The notes under the pieces: generated by a model
The model's input: only the letters and a program-made list of their open reading frames with translations
Database searches by the model: none
Told to the model about the DNA's origin: nothing
Assembly (NCBI GenBank): GCA_964354285.1
Contig: CAYGYR010000003.1
Span: 30,902-94,901, forward strand
Origin: an uncultured Methanosarcinales archaeon
GTDB lineage: Archaea > Nanobdellota > Nanobdellia > Woesearchaeales > ARS49
Length of the DNA: 64,000 nt
Direction of reading: 5' to 3'
Program-made: the position numbers and the translations under genes
Shown: positions 18,940 to 29,542 of the stretch, piece after piece
How positions within the stretch are numbered: the first letter of the stretch is position 1
Layout of the letters: every line of letters starts with the position of its first letter

Positions 18940-19735
18940 TTTTTATCTCAAACTCTCCTGCAGGAAGTGCAGATATTATCCCGTCAATCTCTCCGCCGAT
19001 TACTTTTTGTATTTTTTTTGCGATATCGCTTTTTGATTGCTTTCCCTGCACAACAATAACCATTTTTCCGCAGTTTTTCTTCACAGCTTCTACAGGCCCG
19101 CCCATGATTCTGCCGTCTGGAAGCAAACCGATACCGAGCTCTAGCGTAACCGTGTAGCTTGTCCTTTTGCCGTAAATCATGAATCCTCCTTTTTGAAGAT
19201 ATTCTCCTGCCAATGCTTTCTTGCTTACCTGCTCAGGGCTTACGTAATAGGCAAGAACAGAGCTTAATCCGAGCTTCCACGCTCTTGAATAAGAAGCTGT
19301 TGCAATGGCTGTCTCGTTTAGTGTTGCCTCTCCTGGCTTTTTGCCTTCTGTTTTTATGACAAAAAATGGGCTTCCTGGAGCTTCTGTGTGAAACACTATA
19401 TCATCTTTGTCAGTATGCTTTTTAATAACTATCTCATTTGTTGTCGCATCCTTCCCGCCAATACAAAGAAAGCCTTCTGAGCTTGTGAACCAGTGGAATT
19501 TCTCATACCATTGTTTTGCTCTTTGCTTCTCTTTTTTCTCTTTCTTCTCCTGTATTTTCTGCTCTTCCTTAGAAACAATTTTTTCTTTTTTCTTCAGCAA
19601 TTCTTCTTTCTCTCTATTGAAATGCTCAAGCGCTTTCTTTAGCCCGTCTATTTTTCTCTTTGCCTTTTTTGCCTTCTCAAAATAAATTGCAGCATTCTGC
19701 TCAAGGGTTTTCCTGGTATCAAGAGTGATTTCCAT
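18932..19735 (-). CDS. NFACT-R (DUF814) domain protein
   Basis: Coiled-coil N-terminus, then WYEKFHWFTSSEGFLCIGGKDATTNEIVIKKH...FHTEAPGSPFFVIK, which matches the NFACT-R pattern. Confidence 0.55.
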   Translation of the reverse strand: MEITLDTRKTLEQNAAIYFEKAKKAKRKIDGLKKALEHFNREKEELLKKKEKIVSKEEQKIQEKKEKKEKQRAKQWYEKFHWFTSSEGFLCIGGKDATTNEIVIKKHTDKDDIVFHTEAPGSPFFVIKTEGKKPGEATLNETAIATASYSRAWKLGLSSVLAYYVSPEQVSKKALAGEYLQKGGFMIYGKRTSYTVTLELGIGLLPDGRIMGGPVEAVKKNCGKMVIVVQGKQSKSDIAKKIQKVIGGEIDGIISALPAGEFEIKTS

Positions 19736-19830
19736 TAGTTTTTTTGTTTACATGCGGAATATAAATATCTTTTGTGTAAGTATATATAGAAGAACCTGGA
19801 AAAGCCCAAAATGCCTAAAAATTACGGTTT

Positions 19831-20048
19831 TAAGCTTTAAAAAGCGAAACCAAACTCGAACAAAGAATTCTCGTAGCTTTCGCTTTTTTTCCACAGCAAA
19901 AAGGTAAAAACCGCAAATTTCTGGTTTAAAGGCTTTAAAAAGCGAAACCAAACTCGAACAAAGAGTTCTCATAGCTTTCGCTTTTTTCCACAGCAAAAAG
20001 GTAAAAAACCACGAATTCACGTTTAAACGCTTTAAAAAGCGAAACCTT
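19831..20048. repeat. tandem repeat, about 96 bp unit x 2.3
   Basis: The unit TTAAGCTTTAAAAAGCGAAACCAAACTCGAACAAAGA(A/G)TTCTC(G/A)TAGCTTTCGCTTTTTT...CCACAGCAAAAAGGTAAAAA is repeated. Each unit holds the inverted repeat AAAAAGCGAAA/TTTCGCTTTTT and TTTAAAAA TATA-like boxes. Confidence 0.8.
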
Positions 20049-20178
20049 TATAAACAAACTAGGAGTTTCAGGCTGTATTGCCAGAGGGGAGTACTTTATA
20101 TATGATAGTGACATACTGCTCACATTTTTATTTTGTCAATTAATTATAAGAGAGTAGAGTGAAGACTACATATTATAT

Positions 20179-20279
20179 GGGCCGGTAGCTCAGCCTGGAG
20201 AAACATACGCATATGTTTCGGGCAATAGAGCACCTCACTTTTAATGAGGTGGTCGCGAGTCCGAATCTCGTCCGGCCCG
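20179..20279 (+). tRNA. tRNA-Lys (TTT) with an approximately 27 nt intron at a non-canonical position in the D-loop
   Basis: Acceptor gggccgg/ccggccc. The D arm gtagctcagcctgg...agagcac is interrupted by agaaacatacgcatatgtttcgggcaa, which contains the hairpin aaacata/tatgttt. Anticodon stem cctca/tgagg with loop cTTTTaa. T arm gcgag-TCCGAAT-ctcgt. Confidence 0.75.
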
Positions 20280-20306
20280 TTATGATTGAATATGGTGTAA
20301 AAAAAA

Positions 20307-20549
20307 ATGCCTGGAGAATTTGACGTAACAAAACACGCGCTTGTGCCAAAACATGCTATCCTAAGCGAAGCTGAAAAGAAAAAAATAACGCAAAAGTATC
20401 GTTTAACTGGCCAGGAGTTTCCAAGAATACTCAAGACAGATCCTGCACTCGCAAGTCTTAAGCCAAAGGAAGGAGATGTCATCAAGATTATACGCAACAG
20501 CCAGACATCTGGCAAAGCTGTATTTTATAGAAGAGTCGTGAGTGTTTAA
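20307..20549 (+). CDS. rpoH: DNA-directed RNA polymerase subunit H (Rpo5)
   Basis: 80 aa; HALVPKHAILSEAEKKKITQKYRL...GDVIKIIRNS. Confidence 0.9.
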   Translation: MPGEFDVTKHALVPKHAILSEAEKKKITQKYRLTGQEFPRILKTDPALASLKPKEGDVIKIIRNSQTSGKAVFYRRVVSV

Positions 20550-20551
20550 GA

Positions 20552-22036
20552 ATGCCAAACTACGCGAAAGTGCTTATTGAAAATTACTTTAAAGAGAATT
20601 CTTTTGTAAAGTCAGACATAGAAAGTTTTAATTTCTTTGTCGAGAAAGAGCTGCAGAAGATTATTGAGGAGAACAAGCTAGTTGAGCCAACAATCATTCC
20701 TCCTAATGTCGAGAGTTTCAGGATCAGGCTTGATAAGATATGGGTCACGAAGCCAGAGATTACAGAGGCAGATGGAAGCAAGAGGACAATCTATCCTGTA
20801 GAGGCAAGGCTGAGAAAGATAAGCTATGCAGCCCCTGTCTTTATCGAGGCAAGCTCGCACATAAATGATGTCCAGAGAGAGACTTTCGCAACGCAGATTG
20901 GAAGCCTGCCAATAATGCTCAAGAGCATGTACTGCCATCTGAGCAAGATGAACAGGGATGAGCTGATAGAAAGAGGAGAGGACCCTGATGATCCAGGGGG
21001 ATATTTCATAATCAACGGGACAGAAAGGGTTCTTGTTAATATTGAGGACCTCGCGTCAAACAGGTTCCTTGCAGAGAAGCAGAAGACAGGCATAAGCCCT
21101 TTTGTTGGAAAATTATTCTCTGAAAATGGCCCGTACAAGATTCCGCACACGATAGAAAGGCCAAAAGACGGGATATATTATCTCACGTTCACAAGAGTGA
21201 AAAGGGTTCCTCTGATAGTTGTCATAAAAGCACTTGGATTAATCAAGGATGAGGAAATAATGCAGTTCATCTCAAAAGATAAGCAATACGATGAAGTTAT
21301 GATAAACCTTTTCGAGTTCGTCAACATAAAGACTGCAGATGATGCCATGGATTACATGGCTAAGAAGATTGGGATAACCCAGTCAAAAGAGATAAGGCTC
21401 GAGAGGGTTCAGGAAGTAATTGACAAGTATTTGCTGCCTCATGTCGGAACAAAGACAGAGGACAGGATGTCAAAAGCATTTAATCTCTGCAAGATGCTCA
21501 AGAAATTCATAATGGTAAGCAATGGGGAAGTTCAAGTGGATGACAAGGACCATTATATGAATAAAAGGATAAAAATGAGCGGCGATCTCCTTGCAGACCT
21601 TTTCAGGATGAACCTCAAGGTGCTGATTGGCGATTTGCTCTACAATTTCCAGAGGCTTGTCAAGAGAGGAAAGTTTCCGAGCATCAAGGTCATAATAAGG
21701 GATAAGCTTCTAACTTCAAGAATTTATTCTGCAATGGCGACAGGAAATTGGGTTGGGGGAAGGAAAGGAATCTCCCAGAGAATCCAAAGAGTCAACTACC
21801 TGAACACGATAAGCCACCTGCAGAAAGTCAGCTCACCATTATCAAACACGCAGGAGAACTTTGCGGCAAGAGAGCTTCACGCGACACACCTGGGAAGGCT
21901 GTGCCCTAGCGAGACTCCTGAAGGAACAAACATCGGCTTAAAGAAGAACTTTGCACTGCTTGCGAGCGTCTCAAAAGACATCAAAGAAGAAGATGTGCTC
22001 AAGGCGCTGAAAAATGCAGGCTTGAAGAGCGTTTAA
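20552..22036 (+). CDS. rpoB2: DNA-directed RNA polymerase subunit B'' (N-terminal half of the split B subunit)
   Basis: 494 aa; Rpb2 N-terminal homology. The stop overlaps the next start. Confidence 0.95.
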   Translation: MPNYAKVLIENYFKENSFVKSDIESFNFFVEKELQKIIEENKLVEPTIIPPNVESFRIRLDKIWVTKPEITEADGSKRTIYPVEARLRKISYAAPVFIEASSHINDVQRETFATQIGSLPIMLKSMYCHLSKMNRDELIERGEDPDDPGGYFIINGTERVLVNIEDLASNRFLAEKQKTGISPFVGKLFSENGPYKIPHTIERPKDGIYYLTFTRVKRVPLIVVIKALGLIKDEEIMQFISKDKQYDEVMINLFEFVNIKTADDAMDYMAKKIGITQSKEIRLERVQEVIDKYLLPHVGTKTEDRMSKAFNLCKMLKKFIMVSNGEVQVDDKDHYMNKRIKMSGDLLADLFRMNLKVLIGDLLYNFQRLVKRGKFPSIKVIIRDKLLTSRIYSAMATGNWVGGRKGISQRIQRVNYLNTISHLQKVSSPLSNTQENFAARELHATHLGRLCPSETPEGTNIGLKKNFALLASVSKDIKEEDVLKALKNAGLKSV

Positions 22037-22037
22037 A

Positions 22038-23840
22038 ATGACAGAAGTTTACCTTAATGGAAAATTCGTTGGAGATGTCGAGAATAAAGAGGAGTTCATA
22101 AGCAGGATTAAGGCTGACAGGCGCTCTGGAGCGATTCCTGCAAACACAAATGTTTATTCTGATAATACACTTAACCAGATATTTGTAGAGACTTTTAGGG
22201 GAAGGACAAGAAGGCCCCTGATTGTTGTCAAGGACGGAATACCTTTGCTGACAGAGAAACACATAAAGCAATTGCAGAAGAATGAGATAACCTGGAACAA
22301 CCTTGTTGAGCAGGGAGTCATTGAGTATCTCGATGCAGCAGAGGAAGAGAATGCCCTTGTCTCTTTCAGTGAGAAAGAGTTGACACCTGAGCACACGCAT
22401 CTTGAGATTTCTCCGATTTGCATGCTTGGCCTCATCACAGCACTTGTTCCTTTCGGTGATTACCTGCCTGCAGCAAGGCTTAATATCGGCGGTAAGAACC
22501 AGAAGCACGCGATTGGCTTCTATGCAGCTAACTTTAGCGTCAGGATGGACATGGACGTGAATCTTCTTCACACGCCGCAGAACCCAATCGTCCAGACAAT
22601 AATGTACGAGCTTTCTGATTATGACAAGCACCCGTCAGGGCAGAACATTGTTGTTGCTGTCATGACATACAAGGGATATAATATAGAGGATGCAGTCATC
22701 CTGAACAGGGGATCTATTGACAGAGGATTTGCGAGAAGCAGCTATTACAGGCCTGCAATTGCAGAGGAGCTAAGGTACTCTGGCGGGCTTATGGATGAGA
22801 TATGCGTTCCTGACAAGGAAGTCAAGGGATACAAGTCAGAGAAAGATTATAGGCTGCTTGAGGAGGATGGAATTATCTATCCAGAAGCTGCTGTTAAGGA
22901 AGAGGATGCTGTCATTGGAAAGACATCTCCCCCAAGATTCCTCAGCTCGCTTGAGGAGTATAGCCTTGCCTCAAACATCAGGAGAGAGAGCTCAATCGCA
23001 TTAAGGCATGGCGAGGAAGGGACAGTTGATTTTGTCTTTATCACAGAGAATGAGGAAGGAAACAAGCTCGTCCAGGTAAGGATTAGAAACCAGAGAATTC
23101 CTGAGATTGGCGACAAGTTTGTCTCAAGGCACGGCCAGAAAGGAGTTGTCGGCCTGATTGTTGACGAGAGTGACATGCCTTTTACTGCATCAGGAATCAC
23201 GCCAGACTTAATATTTACTCCTCATGGAATTCCTTCAAGAATGACTGTTTCTCACATGCTTGAGCTGCTTTCAGGCAAGACAGGATGCCTTTCAGGAAGA
23301 TTCATTGATGCTACTACATTTGATTCAGAGCCAGAGGAAAAAATAAGAAAAGATCTTCTTGCGCTCGGCTTCAGGGAGAACGGAACAGAGACAATGTACA
23401 ATGGGACCACAGGAGAGCAGTTTGATGCAAAGATTTTCATCGGAAACATGTATTATATGAAGATAAAACACATGGTTGCGAACAAGCTCCAGGCAAGAGC
23501 AAGAGGCCCTATCCAGCTGCTGACAAGACAGCCGACAGAGGGGCGTGCAAAGGAAGGCGGCTTGAGGCTTGGAGAGATGGAGAAAGACACGCTTGTCGCG
23601 CATGGTGCGTCGCTGCTCTTGAAAGAAAGATTTGACTCTGACAAGACAACAATACCTGTCTGTGAGAGCTGCGGAATAATCGCTATCTACGATCCTTACA
23701 AAGATAAGAGATACTGCCCAATCTGCGGCGATAATGTCGAGATCAATGATATTGAGATAAGCTATGCATTCAAGCTCATACTTGACGAGTTCAAGTCATT
23801 ATGCATATATCCAAAACTCGTGTTGAAAGGTAAATACTAA
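22038..23840 (+). CDS. rpoB1: DNA-directed RNA polymerase subunit B' (C-terminal half)
   Basis: 600 aa; motifs GDKFVSRHGQKGV, HGIPSRMT and a C-terminal zinc ribbon CESCG...CPICG. Confidence 0.95.
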   Translation: MTEVYLNGKFVGDVENKEEFISRIKADRRSGAIPANTNVYSDNTLNQIFVETFRGRTRRPLIVVKDGIPLLTEKHIKQLQKNEITWNNLVEQGVIEYLDAAEEENALVSFSEKELTPEHTHLEISPICMLGLITALVPFGDYLPAARLNIGGKNQKHAIGFYAANFSVRMDMDVNLLHTPQNPIVQTIMYELSDYDKHPSGQNIVVAVMTYKGYNIEDAVILNRGSIDRGFARSSYYRPAIAEELRYSGGLMDEICVPDKEVKGYKSEKDYRLLEEDGIIYPEAAVKEEDAVIGKTSPPRFLSSLEEYSLASNIRRESSIALRHGEEGTVDFVFITENEEGNKLVQVRIRNQRIPEIGDKFVSRHGQKGVVGLIVDESDMPFTASGITPDLIFTPHGIPSRMTVSHMLELLSGKTGCLSGRFIDATTFDSEPEEKIRKDLLALGFRENGTETMYNGTTGEQFDAKIFIGNMYYMKIKHMVANKLQARARGPIQLLTRQPTEGRAKEGGLRLGEMEKDTLVAHGASLLLKERFDSDKTTIPVCESCGIIAIYDPYKDKRYCPICGDNVEINDIEISYAFKLILDEFKSLCIYPKLVLKGKY

Positions 23841-23841
23841 G

Positions 23842-26622
23842 ATGGCAAGAAAGAAAAAAGAAACAGAAGAGGAAGCAAAGCCAGCTGAGAAAGCTGAAGA
23901 ACTTGCAGAAGAAAAAGATGAAACAAAAACTCCTGAGACCTCAAAAGAGGAGACTGCAAAAGAGATAGTTGCGGAAAAGAAGGGAGAAAAAGAAAAGCCT
24001 GCAGAAACTGCTCCGAAAAAAGAAGAGATGTCAAGGGAGCGCATTGAAGCAATGCAGCATTATGTCTTCAAGCAGGTTCAGAGTGTTATTTTTGGGATCC
24101 TAAGCCCGAAAATGATAAAGAAGATGGCTTCTGCAAAGATTGTAACTCCTGAACTTTACGATAAAGAAGGCTATCCTGTTGATGGCGGCCTGATGGATAT
24201 CCGCCTTGGAGTCATTGATCCAGGGCTGAAGTGCAAGACCTGCGGCTGCAAGTTAAAGGAATGCATCGGCCACTTTGGTTATATAGAGCTTGCAAGGCCC
24301 GTGCTTCACATAAAGCTCATAAGCGTCATACAAACAATTCTCAGGTGCACTTGCAGGGAATGTGGAAGAATACTTATTCCTGAAAACAAGTTGGATGCCA
24401 TCAGAAAGAAGCTTGACCTTGTTGAGAAAGAAGAGGGTGTTGAGGCAAGAAGGGATGCGATAAAAGACATAATTGCAAGCCTGAAGACAATCCAGAAATG
24501 CCCTCACTGCAAAGCAAAGCAGACAAAAATAACGCTTGAAAAGCCATACACTTTCCTTGAGGGAGAGAAGAAGCTCAGCCCGATAGAGATAAGGGCAAGG
24601 CTTGAAAAAGTAACAGATGATGATGCAACGCTTTTTGGAATCAATGCAAAATATGCAAGGCCGGAATGGATGATTCTCACAGTGATGCCAATACCGCCAG
24701 TCACAGTAAGGCCTTCAATCACGCTTGAATCAGGAGAGAGAAGCGAGGACGATCTCACTCACAAGCTTGGCGATATTGTCAGGATTAACCAAAGGCTTTT
24801 CGAGAACATAAACGCAGGAGCCCCTGAAATAATAATCGAGGACTTGTGGGATTTGCTGCAGTATCATATTACAACTTTCTTTGATAACACAGTTGCCCAG
24901 CTGCCTCCTGCGAGGCATAGGTCAGGACAGCCGCTAAAGACCATAACAGAGAGAATCAAGAGCAAGGAAGGAAGAATCAGGCATAACCTTGCTGGTAAGA
25001 GGACAAATTTCTGCTCGAGAACAGTCATCAGCCCAGACCCGATGCTCAGGCTTAACGAAGTCGGTGTCCCTGATGTTGTTGCAATGAAGCTCACAATCCC
25101 AGAAACAATTAATGAGTGGAACATGGTGTATCTCAAGAAGTTTGTTGAGAACGGCCCAGGCGTATATCCAGGAGCCAATTATATTATACGGCCTGATGGC
25201 AAGAAAAAGAAGCTCACAGAGGAGACAAAAGAAGCTGCTCTTGAAGAGCTTCAGCCAGGCTATGTTGTTGAGAGGCACTTGATGGATGGAGATATCGCGA
25301 TTTTCAACAGGCAGCCATCACTTCACAGGATGAGCATGATGTGCCACAGGATTAGGGTTCTTCCATACAAGACTTTGAGGCTAAATCCTGCTGTTTGCGC
25401 TCCATATAACGCTGACTTTGACGGAGACGAGATGAACCTGCACATTCCTCAGACAGAGGAGTCCAGGGCAGAGGCAGAAATACTTATGGAAGTGCAGACA
25501 CAGCTCATCAGCCCAAGATACGGGCTTAGCGTCATGGGATGCTTGCATGATGGAATCTCAGGGAATTACATACTCACAAAGAAAATGACTGACCTGACCC
25601 GTGAAGAGGCAGTTGACCTTTTGTGCTCAGTTGGGGTGTTTGACTTTTCAAGGCTTCCTGCAAAAAAAATACTTACAGGAAAAGACGTTTTTGGCGTGCT
25701 TCTGCCAGAAGACTTTAATTTCAAGGGAAAAGCAAAAGATGGAAGCGAGGTAATAATTGAAAATGGAAGGATTATTGTGGGAATAATGGACAGCAAAAGC
25801 CTTGGCGGAGAGGGTGCTGGCTTCCTTCTCAGAAGCCTCCACAAGCAATACGGCCCGAAGATGACAGTCGAGATAATTCATAATATTCTTAAGTTAGGGA
25901 TAGAAGTCTTGATGAAATCAGGATTATCAACAAAGATATCAGACCTTGACCTGTCTCCTGATGCAGTTGACATCATCAAAGACACGCTCACAAAAGCAGA
26001 GGAAGAGGCGCTGCAGATGATTGAGTCTTTCAGGGCAGGAACGCTTGAGGCATTCCCAGGAAGAACTATTGCAGAAACACTCGAGCTCAGAATCCTCGAG
26101 CTTTTGAACAAGGCAAGAACAAAGTGCATGAGCCTTGTCAAAGAGTATGCAAACAAAGCAAGCGATACTGTTCTTATGGTTGAGAGCGGCGCAAGGGGCT
26201 CATACTTAAGCATAACACAGATGTCAGCATGCGTGGGGCAGCAGGCCCTGCACGGAAGCAGAATCACAAAAGGATATAATGGAAGGACACTATCTTGCTT
26301 CAAGAAAGGAGACTTAACTCCAGAGGCACATGGCTTTGTCAAGAGCGGGTACAAGCATGGCTTGACTCCAAAAGAGTTCTTCTTCCACTCGATTGTTGGA
26401 AGGGACAGCTTAATGGATACTGCGCTTAGAACTCCTAAATCAGGTTACCTCTACAGAAGGCTTGCGAACGCGATGCAGGACTTGCGTGTTGAGTATGACG
26501 GCACTGTCCGTGACGCAAACTGCAGGATAATACAGTTTGCTTATGGAGAGGACGGTATTGATGTTTCAAGATCAGAAAATGGAAAAATCAATGTCCAGAG
26601 AATAATTGATTCGGTGAAATAA
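23842..26622 (+). CDS. rpoA1: DNA-directed RNA polymerase subunit A' with an unusual charged N-terminal extension of about 65 aa
   Basis: 926 aa. Zinc-binding C..C..H..C, the catalytic motif NADFDGDEM, and an N-terminus of K/E/T-rich low-complexity sequence. Confidence 0.95.
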   Translation: MARKKKETEEEAKPAEKAEELAEEKDETKTPETSKEETAKEIVAEKKGEKEKPAETAPKKEEMSRERIEAMQHYVFKQVQSVIFGILSPKMIKKMASAKIVTPELYDKEGYPVDGGLMDIRLGVIDPGLKCKTCGCKLKECIGHFGYIELARPVLHIKLISVIQTILRCTCRECGRILIPENKLDAIRKKLDLVEKEEGVEARRDAIKDIIASLKTIQKCPHCKAKQTKITLEKPYTFLEGEKKLSPIEIRARLEKVTDDDATLFGINAKYARPEWMILTVMPIPPVTVRPSITLESGERSEDDLTHKLGDIVRINQRLFENINAGAPEIIIEDLWDLLQYHITTFFDNTVAQLPPARHRSGQPLKTITERIKSKEGRIRHNLAGKRTNFCSRTVISPDPMLRLNEVGVPDVVAMKLTIPETINEWNMVYLKKFVENGPGVYPGANYIIRPDGKKKKLTEETKEAALEELQPGYVVERHLMDGDIAIFNRQPSLHRMSMMCHRIRVLPYKTLRLNPAVCAPYNADFDGDEMNLHIPQTEESRAEAEILMEVQTQLISPRYGLSVMGCLHDGISGNYILTKKMTDLTREEAVDLLCSVGVFDFSRLPAKKILTGKDVFGVLLPEDFNFKGKAKDGSEVIIENGRIIVGIMDSKSLGGEGAGFLLRSLHKQYGPKMTVEIIHNILKLGIEVLMKSGLSTKISDLDLSPDAVDIIKDTLTKAEEEALQMIESFRAGTLEAFPGRTIAETLELRILELLNKARTKCMSLVKEYANKASDTVLMVESGARGSYLSITQMSACVGQQALHGSRITKGYNGRTLSCFKKGDLTPEAHGFVKSGYKHGLTPKEFFFHSIVGRDSLMDTALRTPKSGYLYRRLANAMQDLRVEYDGTVRDANCRIIQFAYGEDGIDVSRSENGKINVQRIIDSVK

Positions 26623-26623
26623 A

Positions 26624-27766
26624 ATGCATAAAGACTTAGAAGAATTTCAGGATTTGCTTCCCCCGTCAATACTTGACGAGATTGAGGCAAAATGCCCTCC
26701 CTCAAAGATAAAGAAAGTCGCACAGAAAGTGCTTGAGGAATTTGAGGCATCAAAGGTAGACCCTGGAGAGGCAGTTGGCCTGATAAGCGCAGAGAGCATT
26801 GGAGAGCCAGGCACTCAGATGACCTTGGATACATTCCACTTCTCTGGTGTCGCAGAGCTTAACGTCACAATGGGCCTGCCAAGAATCATAGAGATTCTTG
26901 ATGGAAGAAAGACGCTTGCAACGCCAATGATGGAAATTTACCTTAAATCACCTTACAATAAAGGAAAGGATATCAGGAAATGCGCCCTGCTGGTTAAGGA
27001 AACAAAGCTGGGAGAACTCGTTTTGGAATATACCATAAACATTGTTGACCTGAAGATAGAGCTGACGCTGAATACAGACAAGATGGCCCTGCTGGGACTA
27101 ACACCAGGAGAGCTTGCGAAAGTAATTGGAAAAGGGGTAGGCAAAGACGCAGTTGTTAAAGAAGAGAGAGAAGGCGGACTTTCCCTCAAGTTCAAGGGCA
27201 AAGAGGACAGAGGCCTTAATGACCTCTACAAGCTTAAGGAAAAAATTAAAGATGTTTATATTTGCGGCGTAAAGGGAGTCAGCCAGGTGCTGCCTGTCAA
27301 GAGAAAAGAGGAATTCATAATCATAACAGCAGGAAGCAGCATCAAGAAGGTCATGGAGTTTGATTTTGTTGATCCTGAAAGAACACTGAGCAACGATATT
27401 TTTGAGATTGCAAAGACTCTTGGAATAGAGGCTGCAAGGCAGGCAATCATTGATGAAGTCTTCAAAGTCATCGAGGCTCAGGGCCTTAATGTTGATGTCC
27501 GCCACATAATGCTTGTTGCAGACACGATGTGCGCTTCAGGAGAGATAAAGGGAATCACGAGATACGGTGTCGTCAGCGAAAAAGCATCGGTTCTTGCAAG
27601 GGCGAGCTTTGAGACGCCAATAAAGCACATAATCAATGCTGCTCTTACCGGAGAAGTTGACCATCTTAATTCAGTTGTTGAAAATGTCATGCTCAACCAG
27701 CCAGTGCCTATCGGAACAGGGCTGCCTGGTCTTGTCGCAAAAATCAGAAAGGTGAAGCCGGAGTAA
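26624..27766 (+). CDS. rpoA2: DNA-directed RNA polymerase subunit A''
   Basis: 380 aa; homology to the Rpb1 C-terminal region. Confidence 0.95.
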   Translation: MHKDLEEFQDLLPPSILDEIEAKCPPSKIKKVAQKVLEEFEASKVDPGEAVGLISAESIGEPGTQMTLDTFHFSGVAELNVTMGLPRIIEILDGRKTLATPMMEIYLKSPYNKGKDIRKCALLVKETKLGELVLEYTINIVDLKIELTLNTDKMALLGLTPGELAKVIGKGVGKDAVVKEEREGGLSLKFKGKEDRGLNDLYKLKEKIKDVYICGVKGVSQVLPVKRKEEFIIITAGSSIKKVMEFDFVDPERTLSNDIFEIAKTLGIEAARQAIIDEVFKVIEAQGLNVDVRHIMLVADTMCASGEIKGITRYGVVSEKASVLARASFETPIKHIINAALTGEVDHLNSVVENVMLNQPVPIGTGLPGLVAKIRKVKPE

Positions 27767-27775
27767 TGAAGTAAA

Positions 27776-28057
27776 ATGGCAAAGAATAAAGTCGAGAAAA
27801 TCAATGTAGAGCTTAGAAAACTCCTTACAGAGAAAAAGTTGATTGTTGGTGCAGAGAGGACTATGAAATACCTGAAGCTTGGCAAGCTAAAGCTGGTGTA
27901 TGCATCACGAAACTGCGCTCAAGCAACCAAGGATGACCTTGCACATGACAGTGGGCTTGCAAAAGTTGATTTTAAAGAGCTTGATAATTCGAGCTCTGAG
28001 CTTGGTGTTTTCTGCAAAAAACCTTTTCCTGTTTCTGTCGTAGGAGTTTTAAAGTGA
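27776..28057 (+). CDS. rpl30e: ribosomal protein L30e
   Basis: 93 aa; LIVGAERTMKYLKLGKLKLVYASRNC. Confidence 0.85.
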   Translation: MAKNKVEKINVELRKLLTEKKLIVGAERTMKYLKLGKLKLVYASRNCAQATKDDLAHDSGLAKVDFKELDNSSSELGVFCKKPFPVSVVGVLK

Positions 28058-28473
28058 GTTCAAAAATCATCTACGATGCAACCATCATGAAGTTCATGTC
28101 TCTTTTCGAGGCAGTAACTAAAGCAAACCTGAAGGACTGCATTAACCAGGAAGGGTTAGTCATATTTGTTGTCCAGCCGAATGAAATTGGAAAAGCTATT
28201 GGCTCAAAAGGCGCCAATGTTCACAAGCTTGAGAGAATGCTCAATAAGAAGGTCAAAATAGTGGAGTACAGCCCAGAACCAGTAAGCTTTATAAAGAACA
28301 TGGTATATCCTCTGCAAGTAAAGGAAATTAAAGAGGAAGACGGAGTATACGTACTTGCTCCGGTTGACCTTAAGACCCGCGGGATGCTTATCGGCAGGAA
28401 TGCCATAAACCTCAGGTCTTATGAGTCTATGGCAAAAAGATATTTTCCTTTGAAAAAGCTAAAGGTGATTTGA
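28054..28473 (+). CDS. nusA: archaeal NusA-like transcription termination factor (KH domains)
   Basis: 139 aa; KH motifs IGKAIGSKGANV and LIGRNAINL. Confidence 0.85.
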   Translation: MSSKIIYDATIMKFMSLFEAVTKANLKDCINQEGLVIFVVQPNEIGKAIGSKGANVHKLERMLNKKVKIVEYSPEPVSFIKNMVYPLQVKEIKEEDGVYVLAPVDLKTRGMLIGRNAINLRSYESMAKRYFPLKKLKVI

Positions 28474-28476
28474 AGC

Positions 28477-28914
28477 ATGGGAAACAAAAGCAACGGTTTG
28501 AACAACGCAAAAGCACTAAAAAGGCGTAGGCATCACTCTAAACTTCTTCAAAAGAGATACGTTCAACGATTATTTAATCTCAGGGAAAAATCCAGCCCCC
28601 TTGAAGGCTGCAGCCAGGCAAAAGGCATTGTTCTTGAAAAAAGGCAGGTTGAGGCAAAGCAGCCAAACTCTGCAATGAGAAAATGCTGCAGGGTCCAGCT
28701 CATAAAGAACGGCAGGCAAGTAACTGCATTTATGCCGAGGGATGGGGCGCAGAAAATGATTGACGAGCACGATGAGGTAATAATTGAATGCAGCGGCGGC
28801 CGTAAAGGCGGCGCTATTGGCGACTTGTCTGGTATTCGTTATAACGTTATCAAAGTTAATGGCCAAAGCTTAAAGGACTTATTGAGTGGAAAATTGGAGA
28901 AAGCTAGAAAGTGA
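28477..28914 (+). CDS. rps12: ribosomal protein S12
   Basis: 145 aa; [17 protein letters not shown]. Confidence 0.9.
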   Translation: MGNKSNGLNNAKALKRRRHHSKLLQKRYVQRLFNLREKSSPLEGCSQAKGIVLEKRQVEAKQPNSAMRKCCRVQLIKNGRQVTAFMPRDGAQKMIDEHDEVIIECSGGRKGGAIGDLSGIRYNVIKVNGQSLKDLLSGKLEKARK

Positions 28915-28921
28915 TTGTAAG

Positions 28922-29521
28922 ATGGTTGAAATACTCGTTTTTAACAGGTGGAGTGCATCAGGGATCGCTGTTGCAGATGAAGGCCTTGTCAGGTATATTG
29001 TTCTTAACCCAAAAATAGTTCCTAAAACAGGGGCTCGTTATGCAGGAAAAAGGTTCCACAAAAGCAAGCTTTTCATTGTCGAGAGATTAATCAATAAATT
29101 GTTTGTTCCAGGCCATAAGGGAAAGAAGCACGTGAGAAGCTCTGGGCACTGCACTGGAAAGACATCTACTGTTTATAACATTGTTGAAAAGACCTTTGGG
29201 CTTATTGAGCAGAGGACAAAGGAGAATCCTATAAAGGTTTTTGTCCAGGCATTGGTCAATGCAGCTCCGCGAGAGGAGATTGTCACAATTGAGTATGGCG
29301 GAGCAAGGTATCCTAAAGCAGTTGAGTGCGCTCCTCAGAGGAGGGTTGATGTTGCGTTAAGGTTCTTTGTCCAGGGAGCATATGAGAAGTCATTTAACAA
29401 GAAGAAATCAATTGAGGAAGCCCTTGCAGAGGAATTGATTGCTGCTTACAGGCTTGACCCGAAATCCTGGGCAATTTCTAAAAAGAATGAAGTTGAAAGG
29501 CAGGCAGACGCTTCTAGGTAA
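28922..29521 (+). CDS. rps7: ribosomal protein S7
   Basis: S7 homology (MVEILVFNRWSASGIAVAD...). I chose the start at the internal Met to avoid a 29 nt overlap with rps12. Confidence 0.85.
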   Translation: MVEILVFNRWSASGIAVADEGLVRYIVLNPKIVPKTGARYAGKRFHKSKLFIVERLINKLFVPGHKGKKHVRSSGHCTGKTSTVYNIVEKTFGLIEQRTKENPIKVFVQALVNAAPREEIVTIEYGGARYPKAVECAPQRRVDVALRFFVQGAYEKSFNKKKSIEEALAEELIAAYRLDPKSWAISKKNEVERQADASR

Positions 29522-29542
29522 GACGATTTTTTACTGTTTTTT

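Noticed and set aside
23799-24052. Minus-strand ORFs of 71-81 aa (Ser/Phe-rich) at the rpoB'/rpoA' junction
   Set aside because: They lie antisense to the K/E-rich N-terminal extension of rpoA' and are low-complexity mirror ORFs.
28886-28921. Upstream start for rps7 that overlaps rps12 by 29 nt
   Set aside because: The internal Met at 28922 gives the conserved S7 N-terminus without overlap. Either start is possible.
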